64,000 nucleotides of DNA from Nemertoderma westbladi (taxonomy: Eukaryota; Animalia; Xenacoelomorpha): the NCBI GenBank assembly GCA_032718475.1, contig JAUCBJ010009158.1, positions 1-64,000 of the forward strand, read 5' to 3'. Positions 1 through 12,437 of this stretch are shown one piece after another (within the stretch, counting starts at the first letter, position 1; every line of letters starts with the position of its first letter). The position numbers were made by a program, and so were the translations under genes. The notes under the pieces are model-generated. The model did no database searches and was not told the origin of the DNA. It saw only the letters and a list, made by a program, of their open reading frames with translations.

Positions 1-139
1 TTGCGCTTCCGGCTGAAGCTACCGCTCACCCTCACAGCCTCAACCAATAGCCTACAGTATTAAGCATTGGATCGGACTAGGCTACTACTAGGCTGCTACA
101 GTAGGTCCTGTACTCAGTTCGTATCACAGTCACAACACC

Positions 140-2871
140 ATGCCGACTAAAAGGACTTCCGGTTCGACTAGGTCCAGCATTACCAAACTCGATTCCTGTG
201 AAACCGACGAAATAAACTACCTCATAAGGAAGTTATCCTCAGACATGGACAAAATGAAAGCCGATATCGCTGACATCAAACAGGGCAATGTAATAATTGC
301 CAGACTAACGCAAACAAGAGGACTTGGAGAATCAACTTGTTAAAGTCAATGAAAAATGTACTGCTTTAAACGTACAGATCGACGACCAAGAACAATACTC
401 GAAATCTTACAATCTGCTATTCCATGGAGTTGCGGATCTACCAGAATCGGAAATCCTAAATTCCTTCGATATATCCGAGACAGATATTTGACATCATGCA
501 CCGTCTACCAGGTAAACAGCTTCATGATAAACACATCAACGGCCGTCCAGCGAAAATTCGTCCCTATCCTCTTCTCATTCGCTTTGTTGCACGTCATACA
601 CGATTATCCGTTTTGAAAAATAAGAATAAACCTTCCAGCCGGCGTTTACATGACCGAAGATCTAACCTCCTTCCGTGCAAGTTTACTCCGCGAATTGAAA
701 CAAATGAAGTCAGCCAAAAAAATCCATTCCGCATATACCCGCAATGGAGTTGTAGTCGCCAAGATCGGCAGGCTCATTCCAAAGTAAAGTACGGGACATT
801 CGTACACAATTTTGAACTTTGATTGCCTGTACAATGTTATCCACAACACATATGTGCAAAAAATTGTGCTTGGATTGAACTTTCGAATATCAGCTTAGTC
901 ACTGTTGAGAAAACACCAGCTTGTCCAATTAAGGTAAAGTACGGATTCGTACGAAATGGTTTCTTTTATTTTATGATTTCAATTCTAAAGTTTAGCGAAT
1001 TGTGCGCATGTATGGTGTTGAGTTGATGTTTAGGATAAAGCTGTATTATTAAGCTTAAATAAAAATATAAATATCAGACTAATTGCTACATTGCTAATTT
1101 TTTACAGTGTCGTGTGTGTGGTAAAGTATGGGACATTGCTAGGTAAAGTACGGGACCTGTACGAATTTTATGGTCAAAATGGTCTCTTACACTTAACCTA
1201 ACAGTAATTTCTGGATAATTAGTGATAATAAAGTGCAACTAAGTATTTCCAACCAAGATATGAATGCAAAATGTGGGGCGACCCACAAATTGACCCGAAG
1301 ACTTAGCATATGGGTCCCCTTGAGGAGTTCTATGTTATCTGTCATCTGTCTAATTTTTGATCGCTAATACTGTATAACTCGGTCATTTATAGATGAAATT
1401 AAACCAAACCTGGTACATATGAAGTCTGTCAAAAGTTTGGAAAGAATCTGAGGTTTAAGGAATCAAAGTTCACATATCAGACAGTCTGTCTGTTGGTACC
1501 GATAGTTTCAAAATTTTGATAAAAACCGAAATAAGTCCGCCAATCATTGATGAAATATAACCAAACTTGGTACACATGTAGTCTGTGAAAAGTTTAGAAA
1601 TTCTTTCCATTTTTCTGAAAATGTATCAATTGCTGTACTTACCGATCTTCTTATCTGCTAAAAAACTAAATTTTTTGAAATTTGTTGTAAAAAAGTACAG
1701 GACTTTACATGCATAAACTCAAAGATTAGTTAACTGAGGTATGATTCTTAATTCAAATACATCTATGCATACTTCTATCACCCTAAAGCATTATAACACT
1801 CCTGCCCTCCAGGTTTCATATATTACATTAATACAGTGCACTAATGTAATCGCCAATATAATGGTAAAGTATGGGACAATTTTCAATTGGCCGTCATGAT
1901 GTTTCTGAAGGAGTAGAATATGAAACTACAGGTAATTGTTTCTTAAGATGACGATGACAAACGTGCTTTGCAATCCACTGGGTGATTGGGTTGAGTTAGA
2001 CTACTTCTCTGTGTATAAATTAAAAATTTCGCTATTTTTTGGTAAAGTATGGGACTTTACATGCATAAACCCAAAGATTTCTTGACTGAGGAATGATTCT
2101 CAGTTCAAATATAGACTCATATTCTTACGGCCGACTATGACCTTAGAGTCTTCTAACACTCCCGGCTTCACATATTACATTAATACAGTGCACTAATATA
2201 ATCGCCATTTTAATGGTAAAGTATGGGACAATTTTCAATTGGCCGCCATGATATTTCTGAGGGAGTGAAGATGAAACTAATTGTTTTATACGATGACGCA
2301 ACACAAACGTGCTTTGCATTCCACTGGGTGATTAGTCTGAGTTACATCTCTGTGAATAAACTAAAAATTTCATTATTTTAGGTAAAGTATGGGACATCAC
2401 ATGATTAACTTTATCGATTTCATTACAGAGGAATGAAACACTTGTGAAATTAAATGAAACCAAAAAAATCCGAAAAAGGGTTTGTTTTTGATTTGGTACA
2501 TGCTCAGATTTGTTAATTTATTGGTCATAGGAAGTGCCTACAGGAAACGAAACTTTTGCACACTTTTATTCACATTTGTGCAGAGCAGGTGCATAATTTT
2601 TAATTCGACTATTTTTGAGAAACCACCTGTGTTGATACAATTTTTAGCACTGAATTCATGAAGTATGATAAATTTTGACCTAAAATAAGTATAAATTCAA
2701 AGCTAGATCTCATTTTTTGAAATTAGTGGGGAGGTTGACCTTTTCATGGAATGAGCCGGCAACGAAAGTGAAGTAATTCCTATTCGACAATCCATCGACA
2801 TAGCGAATCTTGCAGCCACTGTGGGATTTGCCCATGGGCGCCTAAACTCCACCACTGACAGTTCTCCCTAA
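140..2871 (+). pseudogene. LINE ORF1 remnant (coiled coil plus RRM/L1-transposase-like region), frameshifted and split by the TIR element
   Basis: Coiled-coil N-terminus, then DDQEQYSKSYNLLFHGV, MHRLPG..LIRFVARHTR and YMTEDLTSFRASLL..YTRNGVVVAKIG. Continues after 2757 as NESEVIPIRQS..SSP* (TAA 2869-2871). Confidence 0.8.
771..2757. mobile_element. Non-autonomous DNA transposon, 11-bp TIR GGCTCATTCCA, 4-bp TSD GGCA; superfamily unassigned
   Basis: GGCA|GGCTCATTCCA at 767-781 and TGGAATGAGCC|GGCA at 2747-2761. Removal restores the ORF1 frame. A second copy starts at 62021. No transposase ORF. Confidence 0.92.
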
Positions 2872-4992
2872 GAACCAAAGGGTTTCTTCTCGTTGAAATT
2901 TCTGTATCCCACGGATTATTGGGTCGGCCTACTAGTAACACAACCCAAGTAATTAGTCATTTTTAATTAAACGTTCATGCATCAAATAGTTCTCCCTTTA
3001 AGGGGGTCCAGTATATACCTGTATATACAGTATTACACTACGGTGATGCAATGGTGAAGGTGTAGGCAATATATAATATAACTTGGCTAGATACGCTATG
3101 TTGGCCATAGTTAGGTTTACATATTCTATTAAATCAATGATTCCTTGAAAATGCAGGCGGCAGGGGCAGCGTATGGTACAGTACAATCAGTGGAGCTAGC
3201 TTAACAATTTGGTGCTTTCTGTTTACTTAAATTTAACCAGTCTTTATTTTTTATGCCCGAATCCCATTCCTCTTGTGCGTTTTGTTTCTCCCCTTTTCTT
3301 TATTCAAACCAATCTGTCCGGTGTGCAATATGCTGCAACTACTCTCACTACCAATGTGGAACGTATCTCACCCTGCAGGAAGTTGTGTCCAGACCCACTA
3401 ATTTATTTTGTAATTTTTGTTCTCTTGAAATATTTCAATTTTTTTCAGTTCCGTCATCCGATTTTGATATTTTTTGTTCAGGCAGTTCTACCTACCTGGA
3501 GTCTGACATTCTGAACCAAACTTTTTGTCACCTCGATCCTCATTCAAATTTAAATAATATAAACCATGACACTGCACTGAACCTGCACTGAGCAGCAGAT
3601 TAATAAAGAATTTTCGTCATTAAAAAAGGGCTCGTCTATAAAAATTCTTCATCTAAACTTCCGCTCTTTACCTAAAAATCATTCAGCATTATTAGATTTT
3701 TAACTTTTTCTGAAACTTTCCTTACAGCCGACCACTCTCTGCTTGAACTCATCAAAATTGCTGGATACCAAGACCCAATTTTAACCAATCGTTCGTATGG
3801 AAAAAAATTAAACCGAGGTGGTACTGCTATTTTTGTATCAAATGATCTTGAAATCAGCGATTATCCAGATATTCAGATGGCTGGGCTCGAGAGCACTTGG
3901 GTTAAAATTAAACGTCCCCGTAATTCCAAACCTCTTATAATTGGTACAATATATCGCCCTGACACCATTGTTCACGCTGACTTTCTATCCTTACTTGACT
4001 CTACACTTTCTAAATTTACAAAAAATAACCTTGACATTATTATAACCGGGGACATGAATATTAACTTACTTAAACCGAACACTGATTCCTCTTCCTATGT
4101 CGACCTAATGTCTTCTTACGGATTCGTACAACTGATTAACAAACCCACTCGAATTTTTCATTCTGAATTATCCAACCGCACCATTCACTCTGAAACACTA
4201 ATCGATCATATATTCACTAACATTACATCCCACTCCACTACTTCTGGAACAATCTCATGTAAAATTGGCACCACCGACCACCAACCCACTTTTGTTATTC
4301 TTGAAAAATACCCTTCTATATTCGTTGCCCCTAAACAAACATTTAAATTTGACTACTCCAACTTCAATCAAACTGCATTTACTTCCGACATCGAGTCTCT
4401 GAGCAACAGTACATTTACTAACAATTTAAACGCTTCTGATAAATTCGACAACTTTTACAATTACCTTAATAACTTATGTTCTTCTCACGTTCCCCGCACC
4501 GTAGTCCCTCTTCGCTCCATCCCACAGCCATGGATGACAGAAAACATAATAAATTGTACTCTCACAAAAAATAAACTTTACCGTACCTATATTAAAAATC
4601 CAACTTCCAGCAATCACAAGATTTTTACAGTTTACATAAATAAATTAACCTCTATTCTCCGCACAGCTGAGAAAAAATACTACACCAGACAGTTCCAAGA
4701 AAATGCCGGTAACATTAAAAAAACGTGGATTATAATAAATTCGGCGCTAAATAGAAACAACTCCTCCAAACTCCCAACTAAACTCACTGTTAAAACTGAT
4801 CTTTCTACTGAAACAATTACTGACCCAATTTCTCTAGCAGATCTATTCAACAACACTTTTCCACTATTGGCCAATCACTAGCTAGTACAATTCCCTCTTC
4901 ACCACGCAGACCAACTCGCCACATAAACCCCACATCGCAATTCTTTCTCGTTAATCGAAACCTGTCCTATTGAAGTTGAATATAAACTACTA

Positions 4993-5277
4993 ATAATATA
5001 ATATAATAATAATATCAATTTTATTTCATTCACAGTTGAACATATTAAAATATACGTGCACAATAAATAATTATATTAATATGAAAATATGTCGGAATTT
5101 ATTACTATAGCATGATAAAAATATATAACTAATAAAAAATATAATTAAATTAATTCGGCTCTACCCGTAAACGGCGATACGACTTAAACATCTCAGATTG
5201 AGACAAACAGTTATCTCGGACAGCACGAATAACGACGTTAGTTGATGTGGATACTCGTGAGACTACAAACTCGTGAG
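4993..5277 (-). mobile_element. 5'-truncated non-LTR retrotransposon (ORF C-terminus, 3' UTR, ATT-rich tail)
   Basis: TSD ACTACTA at 4986-4992 and 5278-5284; removal restores EYKLLQLDP. The minus strand reads ..STNVVIRAVRDNCLSQSEMFKSYRRLRVEPN*, then AATAAA and an (ATT)n-like tail. Confidence 0.8.
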
Positions 5278-6047
5278 ACTACTACAACTAGACCCACACA
5301 CTGCCTCCAATGACCCTTTTCCAACTCTCTTACTTATTCTAGCTGCTAAGCAATTATCTAATATCCTAAGTTATCTCTTTAATATATCTATTTCCCACGG
5401 TTTTTTCCCGGACACTTTAAAAAAAGCCAAAGTTATCCCAGTTTTTAAATCAGGTGAACACTGCGATCGAAATAATTACCGTTCCATCTCTCTCTTGCCA
5501 ATTCTTAGTAAAATTTTTGAACAATTAATTAACTCGCAGCTTCTCTCCTACATACATAAATTCTCGATCATGCCCAAATATCCGTCATTGAAAATTTACA
5601 CCAGTACCTCGAGAATAAAAATTATTCCTGTGTAATATATATTGATCTAAAAAAATCGTTCGACACAATTAACCACGATATACTTCTCCAAAAACTCTCC
5701 TGCTATGGTATCATCCGCGGCCTAGCTCTACAATTATTTTCCAGCTATCTCTCTGCTCGCACCCAATGCGTTTCTATTGGAAATAATACATCCTCCTACC
5801 TTCCTCTTAACACCGGCGTCCCTCAAGGCGCCACCTTGTCCCCCCTCCTATTCCTCCTTTACATTAACGACCTCCCAAACGCTACCCGACTTTTCACTAC
5901 GCTCTTTGCCGATGACACTACTCTATACGCCACTGGTTCGAACTTACCTCTACTAAGCGATTTTGTTAACTCTGAACTCAACACCCTCTCTGATTGGCTG
6001 TCTGATAACAAACTCTCCTTAAATCTAACCAAAACTGAATATACTAT

Positions 6048-6218
6048 TGTAATGAAAGAATGACGAGGTGATGAGTAACAAACAATGTAATATAAAGACC
6101 ACAAGTATGGCTTTACGAGACATACAATACATAAGTAAATATGAGAATACCGGTATACTGATGAGCAGTATACAGGTGTACTGAACAGCAGTATAAAGAT
6201 AGCTGATTAATTATAACA
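6048..6218 (-). repeat. Gypsy-1 3' LTR
   Basis: Direct repeat of 10198-10368, preceded on the minus strand by the polypurine tract. Confidence 0.97.
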
Positions 6219-6331
6219 TTCTCCCCATCCAAAAAAAATCACTAAACAAAAAAAATCATAAATGGTTTTTTCAATTTACAGTTATTGTTATACTCTATAC
6301 AGTATTACAGTTTTTGTATTATTACAGTTGT

Positions 6332-9280
6332 TCAATGATTGGTATCATAACCATATCGTATTGGTGGTTTACGACTGCGGGTTGGTCGATAATACCTAGT
6401 AGTAGTAGATTGCCTAGGTGATTGGATTTTGGGGTCTCTGCCATGTGCTGTTACTTCTACCTCATGTATGTCGGTATCGGCAATACTTTCAGTTTCGATG
6501 CCAAGTGGAGATAGTTGTAAACTATCATTCCCAGCGGTTAGATTCGGTTGATCTATAGCGTCATCGGTGGTCCTGATTACCGATGGTGGTCCATCGGTGG
6601 TTCTCATCTGAGACTGCGTTGTAATACCACGGGGGGCCAGGTCTTTAATTGAAACAGTCGATTCTCGTCCTGATGCAAATTTAACGAACGCATACTGAGG
6701 ATTCGCTTCTATTAATTCAGCTTCTTCCACCAATGGGTCGTATTTGCTGGCTCGAACATGTTTCTTAACCAAAACTGGCCCTGGTTCAGCTAACCACGAC
6801 GGTATTGATTGACCAGCACTAGATCGTCTCTGATAATTAAAGAATCTCTCATGTGGAGTAGCGTTTGTGGAAGTGCACAGTAAAGACCGAATAGAATGCA
6901 ATGCATCAAAAATAACGGTTTGCCAACATTTGCTGGGTAGGTTCCGGGATTTCAAAGCTAACGTTATTGCTTTCCATATAATGCCGTTATATCTTTCAAC
7001 TTGCCCATTTCCTCTAGGGTTGTATGGTGTAGTTCTGCTAGTTGCGACACCATGTTTATATAACCATGATTTCAGCTCCTCTGATATTAATGAGCTTCCC
7101 CTATCGGAATGAACGAAAGCAGGCATTCCAAATATCGAAAATAATTGCGTAAGGCAACTAATAACTGTCTTAGTTGCAACATTAGGGCATAGATACACGA
7201 ATGGGAATCTGGAGAATTCGTCTACAATTGTTAATATATATTCATTATTAGTATTCGATGGAAGGGGTCCTTTAAAATCAATATTAAGTCGTTCGAAAGG
7301 CTGAGTAGCTTTGATTAAGTGACTTGTAGGAGGTTTGCAAAAACGGGGTTTAACCTCAGCGCATGATGGGCAATTCCTAATCACACTTTTGACATCATTG
7401 GTTGAATAGGGTAAATTTTTACATCTGATGAAGTGTAACATACGAGTAACTCCTGGATGGCACAAAGCATTGTGGAGTGATGCCAGCGATTCAATGGACC
7501 CAGTATCAGTGAAGCAACATTTATCAACATTAACATTGTCATTAGATTGGGGACCGAGTGGCTGAAGGAGTAGGGCTGCGCAACTTGATCGAGACAGAGC
7601 ATCAGCAGGGAGATTTTCACTTCCAGGTCTGTATATGATGTCATAGCTATAGCAGCCGAGTTCAGTTCGCCACCTCATTATTTTATCGTTTTTAATTTTT
7701 CCTTTGTTCTTAGAATCAAACATGTAAGCCACGGACCTTTGATCGGTCACTAACGTGAAATGTCGACCCGTAAGATAATGCTTCCATTTCCGAACAGCAT
7801 CTATAATGGCCTGGGCTTCTTTCTCTACACTTGCCTGTTTAATAGCCGAACCACTGAGAGTTTTCGAGAAGAAGGCGACAGGGCGACCCTGTTGATTTAG
7901 TGTAGCCGCAATAGCAAAATCTGAAGCATCTGTTTCAACAACAAATGGGATATCTTCATCTATAGAGTAGACAACAGCTTCTTCAATTTCCTTTTTGAGT
8001 AGCTCAAAGGCATCCTTAGCTTCTTTGCCCAAAGGAAATGCTGATTTAACAAGAGGACCTATTTTAGCAGAGAAATTGCAAATAAATTGCGAATAATACG
8101 AGAACAATCCCATAGCACGTTGTCGCGATTTATTATCGGTTGGGATGGGAAGATCTCGGAGAGGTTTCAGTCGTTCAGGATCAGGCCTGAGTTCGTTATG
8201 GGAAATAACGTAACCAAGAAGGTTGATAGACGATTTGGATATAATGCTTTTATCATGGTTAAAGGTAAGATTATTCTTCTTAGCAGCAGCGAGTAATCGA
8301 TTTAGGTTAGTATCGTGTTCCTCTTGGTTTCTACCACCAATAGTTATGTTATCGAGATACACGAATGTGTCCGATAGATTCTCATCCTTGACAAATTCAT
8401 CCATTTTCACTGAAAACTGGCGACTGCGTTTGTCAATCCAAATGGAAGTCTAGTGAATTGATAAAGGCATCCATTGGCCTCGAAAGCAGTATAAATCTTA
8501 TCCTCACAGAGTAATGGGATTTGATGATATGCACTCTTTAGGTCGAGTGTGCTGAAGACCTCGTACTGAGCAATGTTATTAGCCATATCATCGATTCTAG
8601 GGAGGGGATATGCATCCAGATAAGTAAATCGGTTTATGGTTTGTGAATAATCAACACAAAGACGCTTCTTATGTCTTCCATCATCTGCGATGACGACTTG
8701 AGCTCGCCAAGGTGACTGGCTTCGTTCAATGATACCTTCCTTGAGTAGTTTTTGAATTTCGATTTCAATAAATTGTTGATCAGAATCATTAAACCTCCTT
8801 GATTTAGTAGCAATTGGTTGACAATCTGGTGAAATATGTGCAAATACAGTTGGTGCCGATGTAGATACTATAGTGAGACTACATATATCTAAAGTTGGAA
8901 GGTCACCACCAAAACTAAGAGTAACACTAGAGTGCCGTTTCATAAATCGTTGACCGAGGATTACTTCGGAGCAAAGAGATGGTAGAACATCGAACTGAAC
9001 TTCCTCGTATCGTTGGCCGTTAAGATTGATAGTTAAAGAACACTGACCCAATATTGGAGTCGATAAAGAAGGTGCAGCCATAGAGACTTCTCCTCCTCCA
9101 GGTTGAATTGAAATTTGTAGCCGAGAAGTAAGAGGTTCTGTTATATAATTTCCTGAACTACCCGTATCAACTAGTACATTAACTTGTTGTCCTTTTATTT
9201 TGATATTAACAATAGCCTTTGAAAGAGATTTAGGACATTCACTAGCAGCAGCGGAAACGTTTTTAGGGTAGATAGCGGCT
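6332..9280 (-). pseudogene. pol: Gypsy-1 pol (protease, RT, RNase H, integrase), frameshift near 8408
   Basis: LVDTGSS protease; DLKSAYHQI, LPFGLTNA and YLDN RT; VETDASD, EKEAQA and TDQRS RNase H; H-x4-H..CPSC, IDFKGP, SDRG and GQVERYN integrase. Confidence 0.95.
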
Positions 9281-10160
9281 AAAACTCATTGTCCTGTATA
9301 TTGCTAAAATCATTAATTGCTGCTGATTGCTTTACCCTGCTGGAACTGGTACTACTGTTGTACCTACTGCTACCGCTACCTGGTCCAATTCCGCCCCCAC
9401 TTCGACAAACTTTAGCGAAATGGCCTGGTTTGCTACACTTAGTGCAGTTAGCTCGACTTGCAGGACAGAACTGCCTTTGATGATAAGAATTTCCACAGAA
9501 ATAGCAACTTTTTTTACCATATGCCATTGCTGAGAATTCGTTACCGGTACCGGTACCGGTACCGGAACCATAGTTATTGTCCTCATTAGATGGAACAGCT
9601 GCAATATTGTCATTGGCAGATGCAGATGGCTGAGCATAAAACTCGGAATGTTTATGAGCAAGTTCCAATGCACGAGCTTGATCATGTGCGGACTGCAAAT
9701 CTAGTGTTGCATTCTCTAATAATCGTTGTCGGATGATAGTCGAAGATAAACCTGAGATAAAAGAGTCGCGTATTGATTCTTCACAGTGTTTATTTGCATC
9801 TACGGGTGTAAAATTGCAATCCTTTGAGAGCTGACGCAGAGACTGAAGAAACTCGTCGATTGATTCACCTGATTGCTGTTTCCTCGTTGCAAGTTGATGA
9901 CGAGCGAAAATTTCATTTTTCGGCTTGACATAGAGATTACGAAGGATCGCTATAGCGTTATCATATGTTGTACAATCTGCAATGTACTCATACACAGCGG
10001 GCGACACGTAATTAATAAGAGTGTCAAACTTCTTCGGATTTAACGTTGTGACAGAATCCATGAAGTTGGTAAAGGTTCGAAACCAGTGAACCCATTCCTT
10101 GTTTGCAGTAACCGAATTTGGATTGACATCGAAACGATCTGGACGCATAAATTTTTCCAT
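9279..10160 (-). CDS. gag: Gypsy-1 Gag with two CCHC-type zinc knuckles
   Basis: ATG at 10160 (MEKFMRPDRF..), QQSGESIDEF major-homology-like motif, CYFCGNSYHQRQFC and CTKCSKPGHFAKVC. Confidence 0.92.
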   Translation of the reverse strand: MEKFMRPDRFDVNPNSVTANKEWVHWFRTFTNFMDSVTTLNPKKFDTLINYVSPAVYEYIADCTTYDNAIAILRNLYVKPKNEIFARHQLATRKQQSGESIDEFLQSLRQLSKDCNFTPVDANKHCEESIRDSFISGLSSTIIRQRLLENATLDLQSAHDQARALELAHKHSEFYAQPSASANDNIAAVPSNEDNNYGSGTGTGTGNEFSAMAYGKKSCYFCGNSYHQRQFCPASRANCTKCSKPGHFAKVCRSGGGIGPGSGSSRYNSSTSSSRVKQSAAINDFSNIQDNEF

Positions 10161-10178
10161 TATACCATGAAACTGAGT

Positions 10179-10196
10179 TATTGTATGTCTCGTAAA
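10179..10196 (-). promoter_or_regulatory. Gypsy-1 primer-binding site complementary to its own LTR (putative self-priming)
   Basis: The 18-mer 1 nt inside the 5' LTR boundary is the exact reverse complement of LTR positions 10262-10279. No TGG-type tRNA PBS is present. Confidence 0.8.
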
Positions 10197-10197
10197 T

Positions 10198-10368
10198 TGT
10201 AATGAAAGAATGACGAGGTGATGAGTAACAAACAATGTAATATAAAGACCACAAGTATGGCTTTACGAGACATACAATACATAAGTAAATATGAGAATAC
10301 CGGTATACTGATGAGCAGTATACAGGTGTACTGAACAGCAGTATAAAGATAGCTGATTAATTATAACA
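10198..10368 (-). repeat. Gypsy-1 5' LTR
   Basis: Direct repeat of 6048-6218. Confidence 0.97.
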
Positions 10369-11458
10369 ACTATCCTTTCTAACAAACGTTTTAACCCCAC
10401 AGATCTTAAAATTCAAATAAATAATACTCCTATCGATTTTAAAATCTCAACAAAATTTTTAGGTATTTCGGTTGATAATAGACTTTGCTGGAAGTCACAT
10501 ATTAATTCAATAATTAAAAAAATATCCAAAACCGGTGGTTTATTCTATAAACTCAGATACATTTTTCCATTAAATATCTTACGCCAACTATATTTTTCCC
10601 TTCCACCCCTATCTATTATATGGTATCTTAATTTGGGGAAAAACCCAATCTTCTACGCTTAAACCCCTACGTACCAAAATTAATAAAATAATTCGTTGTA
10701 TTACATTTTCTCACAGCCGTTCATCATCCAACCCTATTTACAAATCGTTATCTATTTTACCCATTGACCTCCTATACAAACATCAAACCGCCTTACTTAT
10801 GTACGACGCAAATAATAACACTATTCTTCCAACCTCCCCCCATCGGTAAATTATTTAAAAAAATCTCTCATGGATATTCTACCCGCTTGGCTTCCTCTTT
10901 TGGTTTCATCGTCCCTTTAGTTAGATTAGATTCCTCCCAATGCTCAATCCGTTATCAGGGCCCAACCATCTGGAACTCGGTTCCCTCTCAAAAACTCTCA
11001 AAGATCAAAAATTCTAAAAAATCATTCTCAAAGTCATATAAACGACATATTCTAAATTATATTTAAATCTCTGATAACAAAACTCTATTCCAACATACGC
11101 CATGCGATAACCCCATTATTTTTCAAGACATAACGTCCTGTGTTTGAAATGATCCACTTCGGTACTACTTAAATTGCAGCATACTGTACTCCATGAGCAC
11201 TTCATTAAATTCAGCCTAATCTGAGCAACAAAACGCACCCCCCCCCAAAACTTTACAAAAGAGATTGTACGCGCAGGTTCAAATACAACTAAAGCTCTGT
11301 ATATTTTGCACTGAAGTGGAATACTTTAGATGCTGGGGAAACTAGTTTACGAGGGATATTTAAATGGTGAGTATAACCTTGTGAGTTAGTGTGGTGTTAT
11401 CTCACCATGGATGGGGCTTTACCCCTGAAACGAAAAACGGGAAAAGAAATTAAGCGTG

Positions 11459-11548
11459 TACTCATATCTGCTCTCTCATTGGCTGCTTTACTCGCATCTG
11501 CTCTCTCATTGGCTGCTTTACTCGCATCTGATCTCTGATTGGCTACTG
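11459..11548. repeat. 3 x 30-bp tandem repeat with ATTGG (CCAAT) boxes, in unclassified sequence
   Basis: TACTCGCATCTGCTCTCTCATTGGCTGCTT x3 with few mismatches. Confidence 0.85.
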
Positions 11549-11677
11549 CAAACTAAGTTTCCTCTATATAGACCCTTGTTTACTGCCTTCCCATTCATTA
11601 TATATTTTTATTTTTAAAAGTTTTATTTATTTAAAATTTACAATTTTACTTACAAAAGAGTACAAAAGAGTACAAAA

Positions 11678-12190
11678 ACGGCTGTAGCATGCCCATCAAA
11701 CCGCGATTCCAATCTGCAATCATTTATTATAGGCCTACATTGCTTTCACCAAGAGGAAACATTCAAAGCATTGCTTAAGCCCAATCAGTCGAGGGAATCC
11801 CAGATAATAAACTAGCCAATAGCTGATTGGCCTTGCAATGCACTGAATTCACCTCTATTATCACTCACGTAGATTAGGTTGACAATGTATATATATTAGG
11901 TGGAGGGTCCATTTTAGCTTTAGGCCACATAATTATTAGTTGTGAAGATTAGTTATTGCTCACTGTTTTATACGCTGCCAAGAATCAATTTGTATTGTTA
12001 TAGATATACTGTGAATAAACATGAAAGCTTCTTTTATACTTTATGTTTTCTATTATCAAAGTTGAAGCTATCTGCGGTGTCCCTGTTTTAGGCCTGCAGA
12101 TAGCTTGGTAACAATACGCGATGACGCTGCGTCATATTACAGTTACCAAAAAAACCCACGACTTGGCCTCAGTCGTCACAGTATAAAACA
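11678..12190 (+). repeat. BEL-A 5' LTR (first ~4 bp missing)
   Basis: Start matches the 3' LTR stub. Contains CCAAT boxes, a TATA-like run near 11888 and AATAAA near 12014. Ends ..AAAACA, followed by TTGTGTCAGA (one mismatch to the tRNA-Leu-type PBS TGGTGTCAGA). Right boundary is inferred because the 3' LTR is truncated. Confidence 0.7.
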
Positions 12191-12437
12191 TTGTGTCAGA
12201 TAAAATAATTTTTGAATACAAAATTATCATTTAATTATTAATAAATTTTAAATTGAGCAGCTAATCTAGTTTAAACGATTGGTTTCTCCAACAACATTTA
12301 ACTCTTATCTTCAATTTAATTAATCAAATTTATGTAAATTTAAATTGCGTTTAAATTTTAATTTACAACCTAGCGTATAGAACTGTGCCATTATTGTACA
12401 GTAGTTTAGATCTATACCATTTATTTACTGAAGAAGT

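Larger units (their letters stand above)
6048..10368 (-). mobile_element. Ty3/Gypsy LTR retrotransposon (Gypsy-1), full length, young
   Basis: Two 171-bp TG..CA LTRs identical by eye. 5-bp TSD ACTAT (6043-6047, 10369-10373). PPT GGATGGGGAGAA (minus, 6219-6230). Domain order gag-PR-RT-RH-IN. Confidence 0.97.
3253..11066 (+). pseudogene. LINE ORF2 remnant: PHD finger, apurinic endonuclease, reverse transcriptase
   Basis: PHD-type Cys/His cluster at 3253-3591. APE motifs HLNFRSL, GTIYRP, TGDMN, LIDHIF, TDHQP. RT motifs NYRSISLL, GVPQG..LSPLLFLLYINDL, FADD. C-terminus HGYSTR..QGPTIWNSVP. Many stops and frameshifts. Confidence 0.92.
1..11100 (+). mobile_element. Decayed CR1-group (CR1/L2/Crack-like) LINE with ORF1 and PHD-APE-RT ORF2, interrupted by three insertions; ends approximate
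   Basis: ORF1 and ORF2 fragments lie in order on the + strand. Frames rejoin exactly when the inserts at 771-2757, 4993-5277 and 6048-10368 (each plus one TSD) are removed. Confidence 0.9.

Noticed and set aside
1119-2400. CRISPR-like regularly spaced GGTAAAGTATGGGAC repeats
   Set aside because: Spacing is irregular (20-550 bp), the intervening segments are themselves duplicated, and the repeats lie inside a TIR element.
6155-6190. Hammerhead ribozyme in the Gypsy-1 LTR (CTGATGAG..)
   Set aside because: GAAA core is missing (GAAC) and there is no stem I/III; better explained as a GTATACTG/CAGTATAC hairpin.
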